This document shows, in pieces, positions 12,940 through 24,000 of a DNA stretch of 64,000 bases. The notes under the pieces are model-generated. The model searched no databases, had not been told where the DNA came from, and saw nothing but the letters and a program-made list of their open reading frames with translations. Every line of letters begins with the position of its first letter. The first letter of the stretch is position 1. Location of the stretch: the NCBI GenBank assembly GCA_043228905.1, contig JBHGNT010000022.1:7998001-8062000 (forward strand). The letters run 5' to 3'. A program made the translations under genes and the position numbers. Origin of the DNA: Azolla caroliniana (lineage: Eukaryota; Plantae; Polypodiophyta).

Positions 12940-15860
12940 AACACTACTTACAATGGGTGTGACCATGAATTATGGTCACCCACTAACTACACTACACTAC
13001 ATGGGTAATGGAACATGTTGAATTGCCAGTAGGCAAGACGAACATTCCCTCGAGGAAAGGATTTCCACTTGCTCCAATAAAGAAAATTGTCACATTAGTA
13101 CTCCCTTCAACTTTCGTAGATATGCTTTTACTCCATGTCTACCATCGAATACAAAAGTGTTGCGCATATTCCAATTATGACGCAATCCCCAATATCTCCA
13201 AAATAGAAAAACAATCTCCATCTCTGAGTTTGGGTCCACCTGTGTAAATTGTGCAAACACCCACTGTCTAGGTGTCAAATAACACCGTGATAAATCTTGC
13301 CAAATTTGAGAAATGTAACTCCAAATCTGAGAAGCAATCAGGCATTGTATAAATTGATGAGTACTATCTTCCATTTGAATAGTGCAAAAAAAGCAATTAC
13401 CCATTGCTAGTCCACGACGCTTTAGAGCTAATCCCAAAGCCAATCCTCGAATCAAAACTCTCCAAATGAAGACCTTTGCTACAAGTGGCAATTAAGAATG
13501 CCAACTATGTTATAAGATTTGCCACCACCCATAATTAGATTTGTGTAATCTCCATTCTTCTTCAACCTTAGATGATAACCATCCAAGAGACTCAATAGAG
13601 CAATGATACAAAAGATTAGTAGTCACTTGCATCAATGGAATATTTCATAGCTGTTGCCAAATAAACCTATAATTAGGCGGAATGCGTAATAATTGTCGTG
13701 CTTCAACAAACTCCAAAATTCTTTGAGATGGAGCCTCACCTATATCTCCCACCTCTTTGACCCCCTAACGAAACAAATGATTAAATTGAGAGCGTAATCT
13801 CTCCTTTCCTGGCCAACATAATAACCGAGAAGACACAAGTAACTCTTTTTGCAAAGAATTACAATGCTCTCTACTAGATGATGGTTTCCATACACATAAC
13901 AAGGGTGCTTCTTGCCATGAGGTAACCAAGTGTTCAACACATGTAGAGCCCGGAATCCTAAGTGAAAGACATCCATTTAGTAATTGCCACCATGAACCCT
14001 TAATTGTTGTCCTCCCATGTGTTAAACCCTTGTTCTCAATGAAATATTGAACAATAGATATACATGGTTGTGAGTTTGAACACATGTCTTGTAATAATGA
14101 ACATCTACGAGCCATCATATGCTTAGATAAGTTCAATACTCCAGCTCCCCCCAAGCGCATAAGAGTTGCTAGATGATTCCATGCAACCCAAGTGATTCCC
14201 ATCTTATCCCTTTTCTTCCACAACAAATATCGAAGAGGTCGCAAAATAGAATGCAAAGCCTTCTTTGTGCACGGCAGCAATGGCAAGTAATATAATATCA
14301 TAGGTTCCATAATACATTGTACAACCTTAAAACGTACATGAAATGGCCAAGATTGTGATTTCCAATACATGAACTTATCCCTCAACTTACTAGACATCCA
14401 TTCAATCAATTGACCATTTCCAACATTCATTCCTAATGGATAGCCCAAGTGTCGAAAAATAGAGCCTTTCTTCACCACGGATCCTTGCCATCCTAAACAT
14501 TCCAAATCCCTTTCAGTACATGATATGAGACTAGACTTCCTCCAATTAATATGTAATCCGGAAGCCAATGAAAATTGGTTCCATACAAGCATCCCCTTTT
14601 CAAGATTTTCTTGTGAGGCTTGTAGAAACATGAAAGAATCATCAGCCAAAGCTTGTGCAACTAGTTTCCCTCCAGACGGAAAGTGTAGACCCACAATATC
14701 ACCACTTGTTGTGCCAAGCCTTGATAGCATCACTAACAAGGGATGAGTAACAATAGCAAACAACAACGGGCTAATAGGGCATCCTTGACGAACTGATCTT
14801 GTAAGTGCAATATCTTATGTAAATCCTCCCTTAAGTATGACTTGAGACACCGCATCTTGTCCTAATAAAAATATGAGGCGAGACGTACAAGGTCCAAAGC
14901 CCATTGTATGCATTAACCCAAAAACAAAGGACCAATTAACATGATCATAAGCTTTCTCCAAATCTAATTGCACCATAATCAATTCTTGATGAGTGTTTCG
15001 AGCATAATCCATAGTCATTTGAACATTCAACACATTATGCAATATATTCCTACCTGCAATAAAACCATATTGGGCGGGATGTATCAACCTTGGCAAATAC
15101 TTTTGTAATCTATTTACCAAGATCTTTGGAAATATCTTATACAACCCCCCCATCAAAGAAATAGGTCTCCATTGATGAAATGACTCTAGAGATGCCACCT
15201 TTGGTACTAATTTAATTAGACCAACCTTCCAAGCTTTAGGCATACGACCAGAATCCCAAGAATGTTGAAACATCAAAGTTAAGGGCCCCTTTAAAATGTG
15301 TGAATATCGCTTAAAAACTTCATTTGTCAAGCCATCCCAACCAGGGCTCTTACCACTAGTAAGATGCCTTAAAACTTTGTCCACCTCATCCTAAGTGAAA
15401 TCCGCATCCAATTCATGACTAATGAGGTCATGCACAATACATCCAATCACATCATAAAATTCATGACGTGCTCTACTCACCTCATTTGTCATCAACAATT
15501 GTGGGCCAATCAACTCCTTAAAGTAATGAACACATATGTCAATTATTTTAGTAGGATCCACTATCCATTCATCACCTTGCTTCACATGTACCACATTAGA
15601 TCGAGTATAAGTAGGATGTAACACTTAGAAAAACAAATGGGATTGGCATTGATTATCTATGAGCCCATGCCTCAATTGTCGCATCTTCGCATAACAATAA
15701 CTTTGGCATTGCAATTGAGAAATAATAACATGCAATTGACTTTGGATATCCAAAAACTCCTCATCTAAAGGTGCACCTATCAATAATGCATTACACCTAG
15801 AGAGAACTTGTGAGAATTTTAGAAGAAGACCTCTTCTTCGTTGAGCATTAGTTACTACAT
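12940..15860 (-). mobile_element. 5'-truncated L1/Tx1-like LINE ORF2 (RT, zf-RVT), degenerate
   Basis: GKSPGWDG, WRPISL, QYGFIAGR, LDLEKAYD, VRQGCP, LADD and C-terminal CFFC..H...C across broken ORFs; ends approximate. Confidence 0.85.
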
Positions 15861-16250
15861 CCATACGATAAACGATCTTAATATTTCGTAATAACACGTT
15901 CGCGTTCACAAGTGGAAGGATCGCGCGTAAATGGAAGGATAAGGGAAATTTTAGGGGTTTTTCAATGATTTTACAAAACACATTGATACCAGTATCATAC
16001 ATGTTCAAACATACTATGAAAAAGGTTAAAAATCCACTATTTTCGTGATTTAGAAGTAACTAAAAAAAGACGAATTTCAAAAAGATACATTCTCAATTTA
16101 TATCACAAACTTCACAACCAATGTTATTTTATAAGAAACAATTTTTTAGAAATCATAAGAATTCAAAACACATGATTTTATATTACTCGATTTGTTACAA
16201 GCGGAATGTAGTTACACTTAATAGCCAAATATACATTCATGATCACTCCT

Positions 16251-19031
16251 TTACGGAGAATCACTACTATAACTAATATACAATGACGATTCCTCCTCAT
16301 CATCCTCGGATGTACCAATCAGTGCATTATCTTCGTCATAAACCAAATGGTTTGACTCTAGATTATATGTAGCAGATCTCGTTTGCCTTTGACTCGAGCC
16401 ACCTTGTAGACCTAGTAATTTTTCTTTTATTATATCTATTGTTGACTTCCTTAATTGTCCGGCTTTTGTAAGTGTGAAGTCGTACACGATGATATCCACA
16501 TCAGAGATATCAAGGGTCGAGGTGTTACGAATGTTTCGCTTCCTCTTCCTACCTCCCCTTCTTGTTTGGCATTCAATCATCTCCAATGTATACTTACCTG
16601 TAAAAGCATTTGCACTTCTAGTGTTGTACCAATGAACATTTATAGACTTGATCGTGTTTTCTATTTCATGCATTAGCACTTCTAGAATTTTACCAACCCA
16701 AAATTGGTGGCCATGTGAGTTCTCATCAGCCGGCGTTGCAATCAACATCCCCGCGGTGAGTTCTTGCAAATTTCCTTGCCATCTAGCTTTGGCTGCTTTG
16801 GTCATCCTTGGTCCCACATAAATGTCTCTTTGTTGTGGATGGACCAAGCTGTCATTAATTGCATTTACTAGTTGCTCCGGACTTCTATTTACGCGATCAT
16901 GTTGCAACGACCATGTGAATGGCGTTTCCAAATTCCAATTATCAACAGATACACAATTGTCTATAATTTCTTTCTGATCACTATAAAATACATCCCACCA
17001 TGACGTGTCTTGTTGTGCGGCATATTTCTTGGCGGCCTCAATATGCTTTCTTTTTTCTTCTAAGGCTTGGAGCCATGACCGTTTTTGTTCTGATACCAAG
17101 TCGCTCTGCAACTGTCCTTTCTTCTCAATTGGCATTTGCTTAGCTCCATGGACAATTGTACTCGACATACAAAGTAACAACTGGCAACCACCTTCAGGTT
17201 CCCATGTTGTAGAAGATGAATATTGTTTGGCATACAAAAGTGTAGAACCACTTATTCCATTTTTCTTTATCAAAAAAATGTGATTGAAACTTATATTGTT
17301 TAACTGAGCAAGCACTTTAACATTCCCACCACCCCCATCTAATATATATCTCTTAAAGTCATATACCTCCTTCAAGTGTAACACTTTTGGGCGTAGTGTA
17401 TAAGCATCACAAATGACATCAAATAGTTTAGGTAAAGTGAAAGCATCATGCCGAGACAACTGTCTGGAGAATGTGCTAAACATCTGATCTATATGGTCAT
17501 GTGTGTGACCAACCAAAAGGAAATTGACTTTCACTTTCCTAAACAATTCTAGGTTTACCAACATACTTAGATAGGCAAATACAGTTGAATTTTTGTTCTC
17601 TCTAGCAGTATTGTCCAATTGATTGTATAGAACAGGGGGGAAAGGTTGTCCCCAAGACATCAAAACTCGGTGAATCACTGTAACTGTTAGGTTAGGGTCA
17701 TTGTGAACATTGGGGTAAGTAATGAAGACGTGAGGTCGAACAGACCTATTATAAGCCAAGCATCCCACCAAGTGCATTTGAACAAGGCACTCATCATTGA
17801 CATCTTTGGGGAGCCTCCGCATATGCGGCAAGCATGTCTTCTTCTGGTCCATGCCATCTATCATTAAGCACATGTATTGTTCGGGCCTCTTCAAACACTT
17901 CTCTCTATGATGCATCGCCTTCCTTCGTTCTAAGGATTGTGCCTCACGATGCTCTTGTAGTAACTTCTTACTCGTATCCTTTTCCATTGATGTCTTTGCA
18001 CCTTTAGCCAAAATTTTAAGATTTGCACAAATGGAGCAATACCCCATACGTACTTTACGAGGAATAATAACATTTGAAAACCGAGCTCTCCATAATCTTG
18101 TGAATTGGCTATATGTGATCGACTTATTACGTGAGCCCAGCATATCAGATCGATAGACATCATAAACTTCCCGACGTGTATAATTATCAGAAAGATGCAT
18201 CCTACCTGTAGTGGGCATTATTTCACAATTTAACTGAAAGTAAGTTTTCATCCAGCCAATAGCTAGTCTTCCAATTGCACCTTTCATACTTGGAACCTCT
18301 TTACAATTGAGCATCTGATCCCCGCTAAGTAGACCTTGTTGTACTCTATGTAGCCGCATGTTACTAACACATAACGCAATTTTGAATGCAACTCTACATA
18401 TCTGTTGCGCATGGAAGATATAATACTCGAATGATACTTTGATCCCCGTACATTTGTCAGATACTAGTTGCATATGTGACCCGAGGTAAGTGTCTTGCTC
18501 ATCATCGGTCATCGAAAAATAGTATTGCCTTAATTCTCGCAACTTTGATTTTCCAATCATAGACATACAACCACGGGCACAACATATTTTGTTGACATCA
18601 AATCCAATCTGTTTATCTGATGTCACCAAGCTAAATCTAGCTAGACGAATTCTTCGTGGGATTCTTCTAATATGCATAGGGCTCCCAGATTTCTCTTCCT
18701 GCATAGAGGTTGGTGTAACATTGTTACAGTCTAATTCTTTGCTGTGACCATCGCCAATGTTATTCAAGGTTTCCTGGGCACTTCCTTCATTCTCGGTATC
18801 TTTATTAATATCGTTTTCTTCAATAGAGAACTCTTCACATGTGTCATTATGTACATTCCCTGTAGATGAGCTCAGACAATATTCTTCGATAGAATATGGT
18901 GAGTCGGTCGACAGACAATATTCTTCAATCGAATATGGTGACTCTGATGCCAAACAATACTCTTCAGTAGAAAACGATGGGTCTGATGACAAACAATATT
19001 CTTCAATCGAGAACGGTGAATCTTCACTCAT
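16251..19031 (-). CDS. DDE transposase, Sola1-like/DUF7869-type, 926 aa, intact ORF
   Basis: Cys clusters (CC...C, C..AF, CSIC), LMIDGMDQ, QLDNTARENKN, FLLVGHTHDHIDQMFS; lies inside the TIRs; C-terminal SH3-like barrel (FWVGKI...VHWY) and acidic tail. Confidence 0.85.
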   Translation of the reverse strand: MSEDSPFSIEEYCLSSDPSFSTEEYCLASESPYSIEEYCLSTDSPYSIEEYCLSSSTGNVHNDTCEEFSIEENDINKDTENEGSAQETLNNIGDGHSKELDCNNVTPTSMQEEKSGSPMHIRRIPRRIRLARFSLVTSDKQIGFDVNKICCARGCMSMIGKSKLRELRQYYFSMTDDEQDTYLGSHMQLVSDKCTGIKVSFEYYIFHAQQICRVAFKIALCVSNMRLHRVQQGLLSGDQMLNCKEVPSMKGAIGRLAIGWMKTYFQLNCEIMPTTGRMHLSDNYTRREVYDVYRSDMLGSRNKSITYSQFTRLWRARFSNVIIPRKVRMGYCSICANLKILAKGAKTSMEKDTSKKLLQEHREAQSLERRKAMHHREKCLKRPEQYMCLMIDGMDQKKTCLPHMRRLPKDVNDECLVQMHLVGCLAYNRSVRPHVFITYPNVHNDPNLTVTVIHRVLMSWGQPFPPVLYNQLDNTARENKNSTVFAYLSMLVNLELFRKVKVNFLLVGHTHDHIDQMFSTFSRQLSRHDAFTLPKLFDVICDAYTLRPKVLHLKEVYDFKRYILDGGGGNVKVLAQLNNISFNHIFLIKKNGISGSTLLYAKQYSSSTTWEPEGGCQLLLCMSSTIVHGAKQMPIEKKGQLQSDLVSEQKRSWLQALEEKRKHIEAAKKYAAQQDTSWWDVFYSDQKEIIDNCVSVDNWNLETPFTWSLQHDRVNRSPEQLVNAINDSLVHPQQRDIYVGPRMTKAAKARWQGNLQELTAGMLIATPADENSHGHQFWVGKILEVLMHEIENTIKSINVHWYNTRSANAFTGKYTLEMIECQTRRGGRKRKRNIRNTSTLDISDVDIIVYDFTLTKAGQLRKSTIDIIKEKLLGLQGGSSQRQTRSATYNLESNHLVYDEDNALIGTSEDDEEESSLYISYSSDSP

Positions 19032-19883
19032 GGCTTAAGGTCTAGATAGGGCTCTCTAAGTTATGGGCTTAGGGGAAAGAAAAAAACTAATAAGCTCCTC
19101 TCTAAACATATACTCCTCTCTAAACATAAACTTCTCTCTAAACAAAAGCCAAATCAATAGAATGTCTATATTATGTAATATTCTATTAATACAATACATC
19201 AAAAAATTATTTTTAATAAAGTAATTGTACTTAAAATATCAATTATTATATAAACTAGATCTATATAAAGTTAAATCAAGTAAAATATAAAACTAATCAT
19301 TAACAAGCCATGAATCTGTTGGATTAATGTTAAAATCATTGGCTAATTAATGGCACCCATTTTGATATAGAACGTCTCACTCATTGGTTCTTTAATGCTC
19401 ACCATTTTAAATATTAGACTTATCAATCATTGGTTAATTTATGCCCACATCTTTAATACACAACATTTGAGAGTCATAAAAATTGTTGGTTTTAGTAATC
19501 AATCATTGGTACATTCATGAACCTCTATCATTGTCTCATTCATAACCTTTGAAGTCATTGTAGGTTGTTATGACTATAAAAGATTGATCAATATGGTAGT
19601 TTGACTTTGTAATCATTAATACAATCATAAGTTTCTCTAGTTAATGTGGCTATGGTTACCAACTAACTATCCTCAAAGTTACCAACCTTGGTTAAGGTGA
19701 CTATGGTTACTTTAACCAATGTGTTCAATCCCTATAAATAGGAAGACCTCGTCATATTTCACTCACCAAAGCGTACAGAGCGTACAGAGCACACAGAACG
19801 TAGAGAGCACACAGAGCACACAAAGCACACAAAGCACAAAGCACGAAAGCGCGATCTCCGCCTCCACTTCCACACGATCAAAC
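19032..19883. promoter_or_regulatory. probable bidirectional promoter between transposase and ParB-MTase gene
   Basis: Divergent ATGs at 19031 (-) and 19884 (+); TATAAATA at 19733; repeated TCATTGG (inverse CCAAT) near 19337, 19381, 19428 and 19503; short tandem repeats in both putative 5' UTRs. Confidence 0.55.
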
Positions 19884-19968
19884 ATGTCTTCAAAGAGAAT
19901 CGAGCGCGAGGACTCCAGGTAGGCCTCTGACACTGTGGACATTTTTGTAAATATGTTTCGTTTCTCAA

Positions 19969-20198
19969 GAACTCGATACGCCGTATCGAGTTCATGTATA
20001 CAATACAAATATTTATACATGAACTCGATACGGCGTATCGAGTTCATAATTTAATTTTGCTTTTTATACAGGAACTCGATACGCCGTATCGAGTTCATGT
20101 TTAAAGTGTAGGTTTTAGACTGGAACTCGATACGCCGTATCGAGTTCCTGTTTAAAGTTTAGGTTTTAAATACGAACTCGATACGCCGTATCGAGTTC
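19969..20198. repeat. array of five perfect 25-bp palindromes GAACTCGATACG(C/G)CGTATCGAGTTC
   Basis: Copies start at 19969, 20021, 20072, 20123 and 20174, separated by 26-27 bp AT-rich spacers, inside intron 1 of the ParB-MTase gene. Confidence 0.95.
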
Positions 20199-21055
20199 CT
20201 GTATATAAGAAGGCTTTGAGAGAGAAAAATTGTATTTTTGGGGTAACAAATAATTTTGGGATGGAAAAGTTATCAAATTGTCTCGCAAAATCAGTCTTTT
20301 TATGTTGGCTTTCCTTACTTTAAAAAAAAAACATGCTCTAATTATAGGTGTTTTATGACCTACTTTAGCTTAAAATAGTAGAAAATGATCCACAAATTGC
20401 CTTTACGATAGCAAATTCTCGTCAATATAGGTTTGGAATCTATATAAGTCATACCTACTATTTAAAAGAATATATAACCCTTTTTACTTATTACGATATA
20501 TATTTTCTAGGTTGAATAGCCCTGCCTATAATAGATTTTTGAATATAGGACTGCTCTTGGGAACTGTTCTTCATGTTAATATACAACCTTAATCTACATG
20601 ACTACCTAACTTATGTTTTTGCATATACTTTCTTAAATAGGTCGTTTGAAAACCTGTCGGACCGACCGGTGAAGAAAATAAAGCTTCGCATACAAGGTTC
20701 TCCAATCGAAGCCCAGACCAAGGTAGCTCCTGAGACCATGAAGAGAGGAAAAAAGCTTCTCTTTAACGAAGAGACAAAATCTCAGCCACATAGTGATGTT
20801 AGCCAAAAGAAACTTGTCGCCGCTACTGGAGGTGAAGACCTTCTTGACCGAGATCTAACGGACAAGGAATGGTGTATGCAATATGTCGACTCAAAGAAAA
20901 AAGTCGTATTGTATACAGCAAAGAAGAAGGGTGAGGGGCAACTTGGAAAGGAAACCCCATTTATGTATGGCCGTATTCTACGATTTGACTACAAAGATGT
21001 AGATTCGGCCAACATACTGGGAATGATAGAGTGCTCCAAGGGGGTACGTAAAGTG

Positions 21056-24000
21056 TGTTGAGAACTCGACGTTCCTTATGTCCGACGCTCGGCCACAACC
21101 AAGATTCTTTACATACACAGAAAAACAGGTAATGAAACGCGACACAAAAGAGGAGAAATGGTGCACAGGAGGTATACGTGGAAAACCCCAAAAAATAGGG
21201 GAAAAACCACGGCAGCCCACAAGCTGCAAACTGTCACTATGCAGAAATATACAACAGTGAGATCGCTGAGGCAACGACCTCGTGCTCTCAGATCTTCGCC
21301 ACAGGTGGCGGTTACAACAGAGGCAACGACCTCGTCTCTCTCTCTCTCTCTGTACAGTTACGTGCTCTGATTTCTTCTTGCTCCAACAACAAAGAATCAC
21401 AACACCACACACACACTCCTCTCTCTCTCAAAACAAAACTAAAAGTTTGCCCTAAGTCATATTTATACTAATATGACTTTTCGGCTATTTACAAATGTAG
21501 CCTCGATGGGCTCCATCCGGCTCTCCGCAGTCGGGTACTCCCCGTCCGGCTCATACCGTTTCGGCCTCGGCCGAGTTTGTTCGTCGGTACTGTTCTTCTC
21601 CCTTCCCATCCGGAGGGACCTGTCTACCAACAAACTCCCCCTTCACTCCGGCATGGGGTGTCCTTCCAGCCCGATCCTCTTCCGGCATGCGTCCAGCTTG
21701 TCGAGTGTCAGCACTTTGGTCAGCATATCCGACCCGTTCTCGGCCGTGTGGATCTTCGCCAATGCGAACTCCTGGTCTTCTACCCTTTCCCGGATCCAAT
21801 GATACCTCCGCTGGATATGCTTCGTCCGGGAATGGTAGGCCGCATTCTTAGCAAGGTGGATGGCACTTTGACTGTCACAGTAGAGTCGGTATTCCTCTTG
21901 CCGGATACCGAGCTCTCCGATGAAGTCCTTCATCCATAATATTTCCTTGCCGGCTTCTACAGCCGCCATGTACTCCGCCTCTGTGGTTGACAATGCAACC
22001 GTCTTCTGCAGCCTGGACTGCCACGAAATAGCTCCCCCTGCATATGTCATCACATACCCGGATGTAGACCGGCTGGTATCCACATCAGCCGACATGTCTG
22101 AATCGGTGAAACCGTCCAGTTGAGGTTTTCCGGTGCCGAATCGGAGACACATAGTTGAAGTGCCCTTCAAATACCGGAGTATCCACTTGACCGCATTCCA
22201 ATGCTCCTTGCCGGGATTACTCATGAACCGGCTCACCACTCCGACTGCGTATCCAATGTCCGGTCGGGTACAAACCATTGCGTACATCAAGCTCCCGACG
22301 GCAGAGGCATATGGAATCTTCATCATATCTGCCTTCTCTCCTTTTGTCTTCGGGCTTTGCTTGCCGGACAACTTGCAGTTTGCCGGAAGTGTCGATCCGA
22401 CCGGTTTTGCATCTGACATGTTGAACCGGTGAAGCACCTTTGTCACATACTTCTCCTGTGACAGCCATAGTTGCTTCACTGACCGGTCCCGAATGATGTG
22501 CATCCCCAACATCTGTCTTGCCGGACCCAAGTCCTTCATTGAGAAGGTCCGGTTGAGAGCCTTCTTCAGCATCCGTATTTTTCCTTGGTCTCATCCGACG
22601 ATCAACATGTCATCCACGTACAGGAGGAGTATCATGAAGTCCCCTCCTTCGAACTTCTTCACAAACACGCAGTGATCGGCCTGCGTCTTGTGGTACCCTT
22701 GATCGGTCATGAAGGAGTCGAACTTCCGATACCATTGCCGGGGAGCCTGCTTCAGTCCGTATGGGCTCTTCTTCAACCGGCATACCAGGTGCTCCTTCCC
22801 TTTCTCCACAAATCCTTCCGGTTGCTGCATGTAGATCTCCTCTTCGAGGTCGCCGTGAAGGAATGCCGTCTTCACGTCCAGCTGCTCTACCTCGAGATCC
22901 ATGCTTGCTGCTATACTCAGCACCGTCCGGATGGAGGTCATCTTTACTACCGGGGCGAATATTTCGTCGAAGTCCACGCCCTTCTTCTGTTGGAACCCCT
23001 TCACCACGATCCTGGCTTTGTATCTCGGGGGGTTGCCGGCATCTCCCGGTTTCAACTTGAATACCCACTTGTTTCGGAGTGCCCGCTTTCCTTTCGGCAG
23101 CTCCACCAATTCGTACGTATGGTTCTCATGCAGGGAATCCATCTCATCCTGCATGGCACTTAACCATTTTCGGCTGTGGGTGTCAACCTTTGCTTCTTCG
23201 AAGCTTTCCGGCTCCCCCTCATCGGTCAGCAGGACATGCTCTGCATCCGGAAATCTCTGGGGCGCCCTTCTCTCTCTAAGAGGATATCTACGTCTTCGGG
23301 CTTCGGTAATCGGTTCCTCCATTTGCTCTTCATCCGAATCCGATTCGGGGTCTTGACCGGTTCCGGTCTCAGCTTCCTCTACTTCTTCTTCTGCCGGTTC
23401 GGTATCCTCACCGTAACCGGCTGGTTCCTCGAGTGCTAACCGGTCTCTTGCCGGTTGGGTCTGCTCATTGTAGAATCTATCCTTACCGGTCGACTCGGAG
23501 TTCATTATCTTCTTCTCCGACTCCCAGTCGGCGAGCGTCTTGTCCTCCCTGAAGATAATATCTCGACTCCGGAATACCTTCTTGTCGACCGGGTCCCACA
23601 CTCGGTAGCCGAACTCATCGTCACCGTAACCGAGGAATATGCATGGTCGGGTCTTTGGATCTAGCTTTCCTCTCCGGTCTTTTGCTACATGCACGTACGC
23701 GAGACACCCGAACACCCTCAGATGCCGGTAGGACACTTCCTTACCGGTCCATACTCTCTGTGGCGTGTCTCCGTCCAAGGGTACTGAGGGTGATCTGTTT
23801 ATCACATATGTCGCCGTCGATAGTGCCTCAACCCAAAACTTCTTGGGTAGTTTTGCATGCGCTAGCATACTCCGGACCCTCTCCATTATGGTCCGGTTCA
23901 TCCTCTCGGCCAGTCCATTTAGTTCCAGCGTCTTCGGCACGGTAAATTCGAGCCGGATTCCCTTCGAGCGGCAGTACTCCTCGAACTACCCCCGGTACTC

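Noticed and set aside
19969-20198. CRISPR array (palindromic repeats with regular spacers)
   Set aside because: Eukaryotic intron context, no cas genes, spacers 3 and 4 are similar to each other, and repeats are full-length perfect palindromes. Better explained as a binding-site or tandem array.
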